64,000 nt of DNA from Eledone cirrhosa (GCA_964016885.1 OZ024740.1:275962001-276026000), one strand, 5' to 3'; counted from the stretch's first letter, positions 1-12,686 are shown. Made by a program: numbers and translations. The notes: generated by a model from the sequence alone, not told the origin.

Positions 1-39
1 CACTACGCAATGCTTCAAGTAAACTACAATTTCCTTCTT

Positions 40-91
<52 letters not shown>

Positions 92-96
92 ATATA

Positions 97-301
97 ACGG
101 AGGAAATGTGGTAAGGAACCAGGTGGACCATAACGCACCAAAGTACTCAATACTTAGGGTAGTAGAGAGTAGAGTGGGTAATAGGAACAAATAAGACCCC
201 GACGGCTGAGCTCAAGTCGTTTCGGCGGCTAATTCTCTAATCATAGAATTAGCCGTCGATACGGCTTGAGCTCAGCCGTCGGGGTCTTATTTGTTCCTAT
301 T
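97..301. mobile_element. Fold-back element family A (asymmetric palindrome carrying 3' half of a hammerhead motif), Penelope pLTR-like
   Basis: Inverted arms ~181-236/245-300 plus a ~85-bp unique tail, flanked by (TA)n; same family at 39624-39830 and 54139-54341. Confidence 0.75.
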
Positions 302-317
302 ATATATATATATATAA

Positions 318-503
318 GGGCGGTGAATTGGCAGTATCGGTAGCGAGTTGGACGCCATGCTTTGACGCATAGAGTTACTGCCCTTGCCATTCTGAGTTCA
401 AATCCCGCCGAGGTTAACTTTGCCTTTCATCCTTACGGGGTCGATAAAATAAAGTACCAGTAATGTACTGGGTAATTGCTGGCCTTGTGCTAAAAGTAGA
501 AAC

Positions 504-507
<4 letters not shown>
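318..507 (+). mobile_element. tRNA-derived SINE (Meta-domain-like core)
   Basis: A-box-like TGGCAGTATCGG, B-box GAGTTCAAATCCC, core GCCTTTCATCCTTACGGGGTCGATAAAATAAAGTACCAG; more than 10 copies in the window. Confidence 0.8.
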
Positions 508-550
<43 letters not shown>

Positions 551-555
<5 letters not shown>

Positions 556-1878
556 GACGTAAAATAAGAAAATATTTTTTTAAAAAAATTTAAAAAAAAT
601 TTTTTTCTTACTTAAATTTTCACTCCAACTAATTAGTTTCTGCAATGGGATAAAGACAGTTACGTAATCCAACTGTCGAGAATTCATTGCGTCATCAGGA
701 AGTCTATTCTCAGTTAAGTCTCCAGGCAATGCGCGGACACTGGCGGCTCATATAAAAATAATAATAATTCGGTAGATCTAACAGCTTGCGAGGACTGGAT
801 TCTATGTACCGAAATTCTCACTGCTTCAAGTCAAATGGCCGATTCTAAAGAATCAATCACGTGACACAGAGGCTAGTTAGAAGGAATGGGATGGTAAGAT
901 GACTGACGCCTACTAACACCCCAAAAAAAATTTTTTTAGAAGTGGTTTTGACAAGTTTGCTCGACAAATCAGTGATTTGGAGATAAATATAGATAATTTA
1001 ATATATCAACTAACATAAGCGCACAGATGCACGCCCATGCCAGCAAATACACAGGTTATGTCATAGTACCTAGGTGGTTCAATGCAGGAGAATGCAGAAC
1101 AATAATATAAAGGACGTAAAATAAGAAAATATTTTTTTAAAAAAAATTTAAAAAAAAATTTTTTCTTACTTAAATTTTCACTCCAACTAATTAGTTTCTG
1201 CAATGGGATAAAGACAGTTACGTAATCCAACTGTCGAGAATTCATTGCGTCATCAGGAAGTCTATTCTCAGTTAAGTCTCCAGGCAATGCGCGGACACTG
1301 GCGGCTCATATAAAAATAATAATAATTCGGTAGATCTAACAGCTTGCGAGGACTGGATTCTATGTACCGAAATTCTCACTGCTTCAAGTCAAATGGCCGA
1401 TTCTAAAGAATCAATCACGTGACACAGAGGCTAGTTAGAAGGAATGGGATGGTAAGATGACTGACGCCTACTAACACCCCAAAAAAAATTTTTTTAGAAG
1501 TGGTTTTGACAAGTTTGCTCGACAAATCAGTGATTTGGAGATAAATATAGATAATTTAATATATCAACTAACATAAGCGCACAGATGCACGCCCATGCCA
1601 GCAAATACACAGGTTATGTCATAGTACCTAGGTGGTTCAATGCAGGAGAATGCAGAACAATAATATAAAGGACGTAAAATAAGAAAATATTTTTTTAAAA
1701 AAATTTAAAAAAATTTTTTTTCTTACTTAAATTTTCACTCCAACTAATTAGTTTCTGCAATGGGATAAAGACAGTTACGTAATCCAACTGTCGAGAATTC
1801 ATTGCGTCATCAGGAAGTCTATTCTCAGTTAAGTCTCCAGGCAATGCGCGGACACTGGCGGCTCATATAAAAATAATA
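551..1878 (-). repeat. Tandem array of ~558-bp units (about 2.4 copies), each with a hammerhead motif; retrozyme or tandem pLTR-like
   Basis: Unit start TAAAGGACGTAAAATAAG at 551, 1108 and 1666; near-identical copies; flanked by (TA)n. Confidence 0.9.
622..703 (-). ncRNA. Type I hammerhead ribozyme motif (copy 1 of 3; others at 1180-1261 and 1737-1818)
   Basis: Minus strand: ACTTC-CTGATGA-c-GCAATG...GACAGTT/AACTGTC...CATTGC-a-GAAA-CTAATTAG-TT-GGAGT; stems I, II and III all pair. Confidence 0.75.
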
Positions 1879-1898
1879 TATATAAAATATATATATAT

Positions 1899-1929
<31 letters not shown>

Positions 1930-1933
<4 letters not shown>

Positions 1934-2029
1934 ATAATAAATTTGAAGACTAAAATCCAGTTTCAGAAGATCCCGTTAAGGGTGAAAGCAGCGATTCTTT
2001 GCTTAAACTTTAATCTGTAATTTTAATAA

Positions 2030-2035
<6 letters not shown>
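1930..2035 (+). mobile_element. Family E pLTR-like fragment with variant-core hammerhead (1959-2009)
   Basis: AGTTT-CAGAAGA-TCCCGTTAAGGGT-GAAA-GCA..TGC-TT-AAACT followed by AATAAA; six copies in the window. Confidence 0.65.
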
Positions 2036-2072
<37 letters not shown>

Positions 2073-2085
2073 AATATATATATAT

Positions 2086-2545
2086 TTAGGGCGGGTAAAA
2101 TTCCCGAGATCCATGGACGAGTTCTCTCCAGCGGTCTCTGTCCCTCATTATCGCTGCTATGTCCTGCGTCTCCAACAAACTAGTGTCTGTCTTTAGGGCA
2201 TCAACATATGTTAACATCGGTCTTCCTCTTCCAGCATGTCTATGCAGGGGATCCCACAGGAGCACTGAGTGCAATGTCAACTCTGCATGTCGGTGAGCAT
2301 GTCCAGCCAACCTCAGTCTCCTCTGTGTCACTTTCTAGCTGACTTTTTGGGGGCTCCCGTACAGATCTGAGTTCTCCATCCTCAGTGTATACTGATTAAT
2401 GTTCATAGCCATCCTCAGCATTCTAGTGTTGCCCCCATCCACCATCTGAGTGAGTTACTTGGTCATTGTCCAAGTCTCAGACCCGTACAATAGCACAGAC
2501 TACACTACAGCAACGAAGAGACCGATCTTCAGATCTTTACTTGGG
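2086..2545 (-). mobile_element. RTE/RTEX-like LINE 3' fragment
   Basis: RRLRLAGH...LLWDP..GRGRP..TYVD.LK.D...MRDRDRW C-terminal motif; shorter 3' ends at 3017-3165 and ~51547-51585, each ending in (TA)n. Confidence 0.8.
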
Positions 2546-2808
2546 AAGGGTCATATTGTTGTAATAATATTGCCAGAAATAATAACAGAACACACTCACT
2601 GTTTGGTTGGTTTTCGCTTCTGTATCTTTTATATCTCCATAGTTAATTCAAAGGTCAAAAATACAGATATAAATATATATATATATAGTCTATCAAATTT
2701 CTTTCATTGCACATCTGCAACATCATCAGTGGTACTATTATTATGTTATTATGTTCCCTCTTATTATATTGTATTGTATTGTAATGTCTACGCCATATAT
2801 ATGTATAT

Positions 2809-2901
<93 letters not shown>

Positions 2902-3339
2902 CATACATGTATATATGCATTGAAATTTCTGTTAAGCAGCAAAATAATTAGTTCATCAAAAGAAATTATAATTGTTTGAAAAATAGGTAGGTGAGTGACT
3001 CAGATATATATATATATCTAGGGCGGGTAAAATTCCCGAGATCCATGGACAAGTTCTCTCCAGCGGTCTCTGTCCCTCATTATCGCTGCCATGTCCTGCG
3101 TCTCCAACAAACCAGTGTCTGTCCTTAGGGCATCAACATATGTTAACATCGGTCTTCCTCTTCCAATGTGTCAGAGCGACACGCATTAAAAATACTCCAC
3201 ACTACCACTAAGGTAAGCGGCACATAAAGAAAAATGTTCAAATATGCACACCACCACAAATATAGCCTTGAAAATGTAACTTTGAAATGTTATGCATAGA
3301 AAAACATAAAGTCTATCTCAAGTCAGGGGGTTAGTAAAG

Positions 3340-3587
3340 CCGGTGCTTATCCCGGTTTCATGTTGTGAAGTGACTGAGAGTAAAAGGCTCCCTCCTGGAC
3401 AGGACACCAGTCTATTGCAGGGTTAAACCACCCGCTATCGCTGGTACTCGTTTTCTGCTGAGTATACTGGAGCAACGTGAAATGAAGTGTTTTGCTCAAG
3501 AACACATTACACAACCCAGCCCAGGAATCGAACCTATGACATTCTGATCGTAAGTCCAACACCCTTACCACTAGGCCACGCGCCTCC
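3340..3587 (-). mobile_element. tRNA-derived SINE, second family (V/CORE-like)
   Basis: Minus strand GGAGGCGCGTGGCCTAGTGG...GGTTCGATTCC, then GTTCTTGAGCAAAACACTT; other copies at ~57870-58105 (-) and 62344-62462 (+). Confidence 0.8.
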
Positions 3588-3806
3588 AGTGTGGAAAACC
3601 GGTTAGTACAAAATCAATTTAGATTACTGTGATTCATTCTGTAAACCAACCTATTTTCTTTTTGATACTATAATTCATTTTGTATGAATAAATTATTTTC
3701 GTTATATAATGTAAATTTGCAAGTATATAAAAACATTAGGTATATCTTCAAAACTCTATTGACTTGTTGGTTTTCTTTTGTTGTTGTTGTACCAACGCAT
3801 TATATG

Positions 3807-3840
<34 letters not shown>

Positions 3841-3852
3841 TGTATGTATAAC

Positions 3853-4080
3853 GGCGGTGGATTGGCAGTATCGGAAGAGAGTCGAACGCCATGCTTTTCA
3901 GCATAGAGTTACGTCCCTTTACGGTCTGAGTTCAAATCTCGCCGAGGTTAACTTTGCCTTTCATCCTTACGGGATCGATAAAATAAAGCACCAGTAACGT
4001 ACTAGGAGTCGATTTAATCGACTTTCCACCCCCCCCCCTCAAAAAAAGAAGTACTGGTCTTTTGCCTATACTAGAAATCA
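3853..4080 (+). mobile_element. tRNA-derived SINE (Meta-like core)
   Basis: Homologous to 318-507. Confidence 0.8.
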
Positions 4081-4104
4081 CTATATGTATGTATATATGT
4101 ATGT

Positions 4105-4515
4105 TCTGTTTTTATAATTTCACAAATGTTTGCTAATAGAGAGAGAGTCGGTTTCTAGCATAGTTACAAGACTCTCTCATTGGAATTTACACAACATCAA
4201 CTAGGTAGATATGTATGTATTTCTGCATGCATGTGTGTGCAGGTATGGATGTTAATGTATGTGTAGATGTGTATGTTTTGAGTTGTATGTGTGCATGTGT
4301 ATATGCTTAGTATCTGTACATGTGTATATGCAGTTATTAGATGCAGAATTGATGTTTTACATATTTTTACTGTTCTATTAATAGATTGTACTTGTAATTT
4401 CCTAACTAGTTGTGTTCTTTCTGTTTCTGTGAAGGCCAGCTTCTCAAGATTTGTATTGAGGCAGTCACTAACATATCCCAGTGCCCCAATAATCACAGGC
4501 ATAAATCTAAAGGTA
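4105..4515 (-). mobile_element. 3' end of a REL-endonuclease non-LTR element (R4/HERO-like)
   Basis: FRFMPVIIGALGYV...RKLQVQSINRTVKICKT motif; flanked on both sides by (TATG)n. Confidence 0.65.
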
Positions 4516-4822
4516 ATGTATGTATGTATGTAATCATATTGCAAACTTGATTGTCACCACTGAATATGAACATGAAGATTGCGAAAGCATGAAAGTACTT
4601 GTTCAATTAACATTTAACAGTTAATATTCTATCATACTATTTCATTATAATATCATTATAATTTTAAAGGATTGTAAATAAAACGAATAAATCAGACAAA
4701 GTTGGAATTCCTTGTATTAATATAATCCTCTATACACAATCATGCACACCCGTGTATATTTATATATATATATATATCTGTATTTATCTATATATATATG
4801 TATGTGTGTGTGTGTGAACATA

Positions 4823-4947
<125 letters not shown>

Positions 4948-6089
4948 ATGTGTGTGTGTGTATATATATATATGTGTGTGTGTGTGTATATGTATGTGCA
5001 TATGTATCTATATGTATGTATGTGTGTGTGTGAATAGATTCATATATATATATATGTGTGTGTGTGTGTGTATGTTCATATGCATCTATATGTATGTATG
5101 TGTGTGTGTATGTGTGTGTGTGTGAATAGATTCATATATATGTATGTATATATGTATATGTGTGTGCATATGTACCTATATGACGAACAGTTCATGTTTT
5201 AGATAATGTTGTATCGACAATGCAATTGTGTTATCTTTTATCGTATTTACCATTTGTTATTTGCATATTGGTAAGAGTTTCTTGTTGTTTAATTGACACA
5301 TCAAGTTTTTCAAACCCATTATCAACATTTACAATTTGTATCCACTCATCTTCAAATTGAAGTGATGTTGTCATGTGTTGCAACTTTTTAATAATAGGCA
5401 GAACAATATGATCAGTGTAGACATTATCACTAGAACTTAAATTTCTGATCGTTAAATTATTCTTTTTATGTCATCATCAGATAATTTTGTTTGTCACTAA
5501 TGTATTCGTAAATAACACTGTTATTGTTCCAATCTGTCCACAAACACTCAACAAACACCTTAACCGAACGCCAACCTGTATTCAGGACTCCTACAAAACC
5601 ATTTATTTCTGTGGTTGTTTCCGGCGTGTTTTTGTCACAACTCTCCAATCCTATTATTTTCATTTTCGTGGTTAAAGTCTCACACATCATAAGTGTGTTA
5701 TGATACAGTATATTAGTGCTGCATTTTTATTTGTAATTAATTCTGTTCAACATAAGTTTCACACATCTATTTGCACTAATGTAAATTTGCCTTAAATTCC
5801 TGACGATTTTTTAATTGTTATTTCTATGAACAAGATGATACTGTGATCCACAAATGCTGAACTGTTATCCGTGAAATACTTCGATCGACTTTCATACGAT
5901 GTCAATGGAAATTTCCAGAATTTGGGGCAAAAAATAGGGTGCGTTGACTTTCATATGAGATCAACTATTACTCGAGTTAAGATCTTTTGAGTAATTCATT
6001 TTTTCTAGAAAATGTATTATATACGACGTTCGTGAGTTGGAGTTCGTTTTGGCTTCCGTTGCAGAACGGAATAAAATCCGGAAATAGCT

Positions 6090-6305
6090 GGCTGGATTTA
6101 TCCAGTAATTATTTTTTACAGCCTGTGGCGTCCGAGACGTTTGGTGGAGTTGAGCCGCTGACAGTGATGTTCTTGTCATCGTGGCGACACGCCTTACTGA
6201 TGTGTCAAGTGATGCCCGTGAGGGTGCCTGGTTGTTTCGCTTTAGCCTCGCCATCACTCGCGGCAATGCTGCAAACGTATTGGCTTGCCTCCAAGATGTT
6301 TGGTT
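6090..6305 (+). pseudogene. CRE-like non-LTR REL endonuclease C-terminal fragment (frameshifted)
   Basis: LQPVASETFGG...REGAWLFRFSLAITRGNAANVL; related fragments at ~47950-48030 and 50660-50895. Confidence 0.65.
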
Positions 6306-6532
6306 AACCCTTATGATGGAATGTATGGCCGATTATTGCACATGGTGGGGAACTGCTCCACCCCCTTTTTTTCTTCCTGTTTTTCTTCTTTTTTATGTTT
6401 TTTATCATTTTTATGCGTTTATATTTGTATATATTATATGTTTGTGTTTTCGTTCTGTAAACATTATATTATTGTATTTTTATACAACTGTCAATAAAAT
6501 ATTTTAAAGGTAAAAACAATGGATAGAACAAA

Positions 6533-7040
6533 TAATTGTTTCTACTTTTGGCACAAGGCCAGCAATTACCCAGTGCATTACTGGTACTTTATTTTATCGA
6601 CCCCGTAAGGATGAAAGGCAAAGTCAACCTAATAATGTTGATATAGTGAAAAGAAAAGAGAAATAACCATATTTTGGGAAGGAAGCTGATAGAAAATGAG
6701 TTTCTACTAATTGATTACTCATTTAGCTTTAACATGCCTAATATCTTAGACTAGGGGTCGGCGACCTACGGCCCGCGGGCCAGATCCGGCCCGCGAAGAG
6801 ATTTTGATCAATGAGTTGTTTACTTAAAATTTAAATTTATTGTAATATCAGAAGACGAGACTTTCGAATGCAGTAAGACTTAGACTATGGCGGTACGTTG
6901 GCAGAGTCGTCGGATAGTAGGCTTTGTAGTATTCGTTTTGACTCTCTCCTCCTTGAGTTGAAATCTTCAAATCCCGCCGAGATCAACATTACAATTCATT
7001 CATTCAAAGTCGATCAAAATGTATCAATCTAGTACTGGGG
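6533..7040. mobile_element. SINE fragments (6533-6630 minus, 6888-7040 plus) and a lone hAT-like TIR (~6752-6800)
   Basis: SINE core motif; AGGGGTCGGCGACCTACGGCCCGCGGGCC resembles a Charlie-type terminus. Confidence 0.6.
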
Positions 7041-7429
7041 TCTATTTTTCCTCTATATTTCTTTTTCACTTCCTTTCTCTCACTCTTTCCTTGTATTCCA
7101 ACATGGAGAGAATTGGGCTTCACAGGTTTTAAAGTGCCATAAAATCACCTTATGTTGATACTGCACCCCTAAGGCTCCCTCGGGAGTTACGAGATCATGC
7201 ATTCATGCATCCTAGATTAACCAAAAAGATAATTCCATACGAAGAAGAGCTTCTATTAGTTTCTATAGTACTGTCTTTTCTGTCGACGGAACGAGTCAAA
7301 TAGACCGATATATATATATATAAGTTTATCCCGGGTTCAATCGAGGTTAACCACAATAAGTAAGGTACTCAATACAAAGTAGAGTATACATATTTAATAC
7401 AGAAATGGCTTCTGAAGCCATTTCTATAT

Positions 7430-7541
<112 letters not shown>

Positions 7542-7873
7542 TATAATAAAGTATGTTTTCCTGCGTGCAAAAAATGCATATAGGGACACATGTATTATCC
7601 AACCGTATACCAATGTGGTTCTATGGCAGGTTAATAAATTAACGAGCCAGAACATTATTAATCTCCCCTAAGGTCGAGATAACATTTTGGTCGTTTTAAC
7701 TGCTGCTATTTCTAGTAGCAGGACATTGACCTTTCCGCCCTTGCCTTCTATCTTTACACACGGCACTAGACAAGATTGTTTCCTTATCATACACTCTCAT
7801 CCATGAACAGTTCTATATGGCGCCAGTTCGTGATTTGAACTCGGGAATTTTATATTCTCCGAATGAGAAGAAA

Positions 7874-7953
7874 CCTCTGACGAGAGTCTCCTTCTCAATG
7901 CTGGTCCGCATGGATTATCCATTTATTTTGACACTTGAAACCGCGCGGTAAGG
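7874..7953 (+). ncRNA. Type I hammerhead ribozyme motif
   Basis: CCT-CTGACGA-GAGTCTC...GACACTT-GAAA-CCGCGCGG-TA-AGG; palindromic stem III ACCGCGCGGT; GUA site. Confidence 0.7.
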
Positions 7954-8127
7954 GTAAATATAGTAAGTACAGTAAACTTTTTGAAATTTATTTAAAAACT
8001 TTTTCTCTATATTATATACATATATATATATATATAAATCAGGAAATAAGGTTGACATGGTTTGCTATACAAAAAAATAACTGGACTATACCTAAGTGGA
8101 CTGCATTTAACTATTATTTGTTACCCC

Positions 8128-8182
<55 letters not shown>

Positions 8183-8186
8183 GAGA

Positions 8187-8275
<89 letters not shown>

Positions 8276-8506
8276 GATAGAGAGAGAGAGGGGCAGAAAG
8301 ATATATATATATATATAAAGAGAAAGAGGCTGTGTGAGAGAGAGACAGATGTGGAGAGAGGTAGTGTCTTGTTAATGCCTTATGATAATTGGTAATATAT
8401 TAGTGATACCATTATGTAACTGTATGTAATGTTACGTAGTCTATAGAAATGTCTTAAGACTATGATAATCAGTTGAAATATGTGCAACCTGTAAGAATTA
8501 CACAAG

Positions 8507-8548
<42 letters not shown>

Positions 8549-8574
8549 TATACATATATATTCATATATATATA

Positions 8575-8690
8575 TATATTTATTAAAATAACAGATTAAA
8601 GTTTAAGCAAAGAATCACTGCTTTCACCCTTAACAGGATCTTCTGAAACTCTTTGGATTTTAGTCTTCAAATTTATTATCATTACTATAT
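8575..8690 (-). mobile_element. Family E fragment (variant hammerhead 8600-8650)
   Basis: Reverse complement of 1930-2035, within (TA)n. Confidence 0.65.
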
Positions 8691-8712
8691 ATATATATAT
8701 ATATATATATTC

Positions 8713-8796
<84 letters not shown>

Positions 8797-8827
8797 ATAT
8801 ATATATATATACATATTATATATATAT

Positions 8828-8903
<76 letters not shown>

Positions 8904-9026
8904 GCCTGTATTCAATCTGTGTTTGAATTCTTAAATAATTGAATATGGGCCTCAAGGCTAGAACTAAGTGGAATACTGAGGTTTCTCTCTAACCCCTTCT
9001 CATTTCTCTCTCTCTCTCTCTCTCTC

Positions 9027-9062
<36 letters not shown>

Positions 9063-9090
9063 TTTATTAATCTGTCTCATATCTATACAA

Positions 9091-9127
<37 letters not shown>

Positions 9128-9212
9128 GAGTATATGTATATATGCGTATGGTTATATATTTACATATATATATAGAGAGAGATATATATATGTTTATATA
9201 TATATATATATG

Positions 9213-9244
<32 letters not shown>

Positions 9245-9320
9245 ATACATATATAAATATACATATATATATATATATATACATATATACATATATATAT
9301 ATACATATATATATACACAC

Positions 9321-9356
<36 letters not shown>

Positions 9357-9823
9357 TTACACAAATATATATATATATGTATGTATATATATATATATGT
9401 ATGTATATATATATATATATATATATATAATGTATATATATATAGGTGTGTGTGTGTGCGTGTGTATGCATATGGGTTTACGTGGTTGTGTATATGTATT
9501 TACATGCATCCGGGAATTTACCTTCACAAACATACATTATTTATATTTTGTTGTTGAAATGTTTATTTATGTTATCCATATTTATTAAAATTATTTCTCC
9601 TATTTGTTTGCTTTTACCATTCAATTATATGACTGTTGTTACTTCTTTTTAGTTTATTACTTTTTATATAAACAATAATTACCTATATCTACTGGAGCTT
9701 TCGTCTTAGGTGAAAAAATAAGTTTTTTTTCTTTTTTTCTTTCAGTATCATATTCAATATTCAATACAAAATAAAGAGTACGAATTAGGTAGGATTTACA
9801 CACGCATATACACATAAACACAT

Positions 9824-9878
<55 letters not shown>

Positions 9879-10058
9879 CATACACACACGTACATACACA
9901 CACACACATTTCATTCGAAACAAATCATCAGGAAAGCCCTATATATATATATATATATATTGGTAAACGGAATAGAAAATGCTGACAAATTGTTCACAGT
10001 TGAAAAATGGTTTAATTAGGAATAAAAGAGTATTAGTGATTATATGGGTTAGTATTCA

Positions 10059-10170
<112 letters not shown>

Positions 10171-11378
10171 GTAGGAGGTGAGTTTTATTGTAGCACAATA
10201 AAGCAATGCAAATATCGGATAAGTAGCACTATACAGTTTATAGGACTGGAGTATAAATAATATTAGATCAAAAGATGGTTAAAAGAGTTCCAAGTATTTT
10301 ATTATGCGCATTTCAAAAACAAATATCATCATGGGATGATATCTGCGTTCTCATCAAATAAAATAGGGAAACATGATATGAAGCTTAAAAAACACTTGTG
10401 AGCAGTGAAGTGTTAAATTAACATATTCAAAAATAAAGTAAGATGGATATATGAGATTGGGAAAAAATGAGAGGGGGGGGGGGGTAGGAAAAGGTAATGA
10501 AGAGGAAGAAAGAAAATAAAGGATGGTGGGGGAGGAGTATAAGAAGGAAGGATGAGAGAGGAGGAGAAATGAGTGATAGAGAGAGAGAAATAGCCTTTAC
10601 AACTGAGAAAACATTGTCTCACAGAGAGAAATTAAAAAACCGTTGAAAGATAATAGATAATTTAAAAAGATTTTGAAATTAAAAGTTAATGAGGTTTATG
10701 GATGTTGATGTTTATGATTAAAGAAAAAGGAATTAGGAATTGTATTAATTTAGGTTTATGTATTGAAGGGTTTAATAATATGTGCGAAAAAAAGGGAGAA
10801 TTTATTAATATGTATTATTAAAATAAAAATATTAATGATATTAAGGATATAATGTGAAAGAAGGAGAAGAATAAATGAGTTATGAACTTAGAGGAATTAT
10901 TTAGGGTTTAATTTTGTTTTTATGTATTGTAATATGTAAAAGTAAATAGTAAGTTTAAAACAAGCACGGAAGGAGAGAAGAAAAAAGAGAATTTAAGGAA
11001 GAAAAAATATCTAACGTCAAAAAGTATATATACTTACAAAATTTTTCTAATGGTAATATTATTATATATTAAAAAATATATAGTTTCTATGGTCAATAAT
11101 GTGAGGAAAAATGGAAATGAGAAAATGCTGTAGTGAGTAATAATATGAATTGAGAGTAATTGGGAAGTAAAGGTTACAGATTAAAGATTAGAAATTAAAA
11201 AAGAAAAAAGGAAGAAAGGAAAAAGGATAAAAAGAAGAAAGATAGGGGATCACAACGACATAGAGTGAGTAAATTGTATAATATAATATACTGAAATAAG
11301 GTAGAAAGATGGGTATATTTGTAAAAGATATAAAAACCTTTGAGAAAAGAAGATTTTAAACTACTAGGTGTTGAGATA

Positions 11379-11730
11379 TTAGCTGTATACTTTATGGAAT
11401 GTTCTATGGGATTTATGCAAGCAGAGCGAAAATAAATCCGTACGTCTATTTATTATAGAATTAAAATTAGATATAATGGTAAATTTCTCGGCTAGGAAGA
11501 GATTACATGTTCTGGATAGGGAGGAATTCAGGTAAGGAAAGGTGTAGCAAATCTTTCTCCAAGAGATGTTATAGTTAATATTTTTGTCTTTTAAGGACCA
11601 TATGAGTTCTGAGAGTGCCGTGTTAGTTCTTTTAAGGTAGTATTTAAAAGACGATTTGTGATTATAAAATCTTGCTTTAAAGGAAGTGGAAGTGGAACCG
11701 AAATAGGTAAAAGAATTAGTACCAGTTATA
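11379..11730 (-). pseudogene. Penelope-type GIY-YIG endonuclease C-terminal remnant
   Basis: TYFGSTSTSFKARFYNHKSSF...TALSELIWSLK...CNLFLAEK..INRRTDLFSLCLH; the N-terminal part of listed ORF 11379-11831 comes from the inverted pLTR. Confidence 0.85.
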
Positions 11731-12147
11731 ACCTTTTTTTCGCACATATTATTAAACCCTTCAATACATAAATCTAAATTAATACTATTCCTAATTCCTT
11801 TTTCATAAACATCAACATCCATAAACCTCATTAACTTTTAATTTCAAAATCTTTTTAAATTATCTATTATCTTCCAACGGTTTTTTAATTTCTCTCTGTG
11901 AGACAATGTTTTCTCAGTTGTAAAGGCTATTTCTCTCTCTCTATCACTCATTTCTCCTCCTCTCTTCTCCTTCCTTCTTATACTCCTCCCCCACCATCCT
12001 TTATTTTCTTTCTTCCTCTTCCTTACCTTTTCCTACCCCCCTCTCATTTTTTCCCAATTTCATATATCCATCTTACTTTTTTTTTAATATGTTGATTTAA
12101 AACTTCACTGCTCACAAGTGGTTTTTAAGCTTCATATCATGTCTCCC

Positions 12148-12218
12148 TATTTTATCTGATGAGAACGCAGATATCATCCCATGATGATATTTGTTTTTGA
12201 AATGCGCATAATAAAATA
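12148..12218 (+). ncRNA. Type I hammerhead ribozyme motif (inverted twin at 10295-10365 has C3U)
   Basis: TATTTTAT-CTGATGA-GAACGCAGATATCATC-CCAT-GATGATATTTGTTTTT-GAAA-TGCGCA-TA-ATAAAATA. Confidence 0.8.
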
Positions 12219-12686
12219 CTTGGAACTCTTTTAACCATCTTTTGATCTTATATATATATATATATATATGCAAAAGTTCTATTTAAATTGTTGGGATACA
12301 ACAAGCAAATATTTTATAACTGATATAAAGCACTCAACAAGTATATGATTATTAACATTTCTAATTTTATTTATTCATTTCATCTCAATTGTTAAGTTAA
12401 CTCAACAAGATATGACTTAGAGTTTTCGTTCTCTCCCCTTCTCTCTGTCTCCTCTCTCTCTATATATCTTTCTCTCTCTGTTGTTTTGGTATCTCTCTCT
12501 CTTTTCTCTCTTTTTTTCTTTCTTTTTTTCTTTCTCGCTTTTTCTCTCTCTCCTTCTTTTTCTTTATAAATATCCAATACTAATAATAATATAAGTAAAC
12601 AACTCCACTATCCGGGAGCTTCCAACAGTAATGGTTGCATTTTTTAAGGGTATGTCAATATTTATTTATAAAACTGATCTATATTA

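Larger units (their letters stand above)
10265..12248 (-). mobile_element. 5'-truncated Penelope-like element with inverted pseudo-LTRs
   Basis: ~10265-10790 is the inverted copy of ~11735-12248; GIY-YIG remnant between; hammerhead motif in each arm. Confidence 0.85.

Noticed and set aside
318-420. tRNA genes
   Set aside because: A/B boxes are SINE heads continuing into SINE bodies; no complete cloverleaf seen
551-1878. CRISPR-like or satellite interpretation; ORF 1006-1287
   Set aside because: No unique spacers; the ORF lacks recognisable motifs and crosses a unit junction
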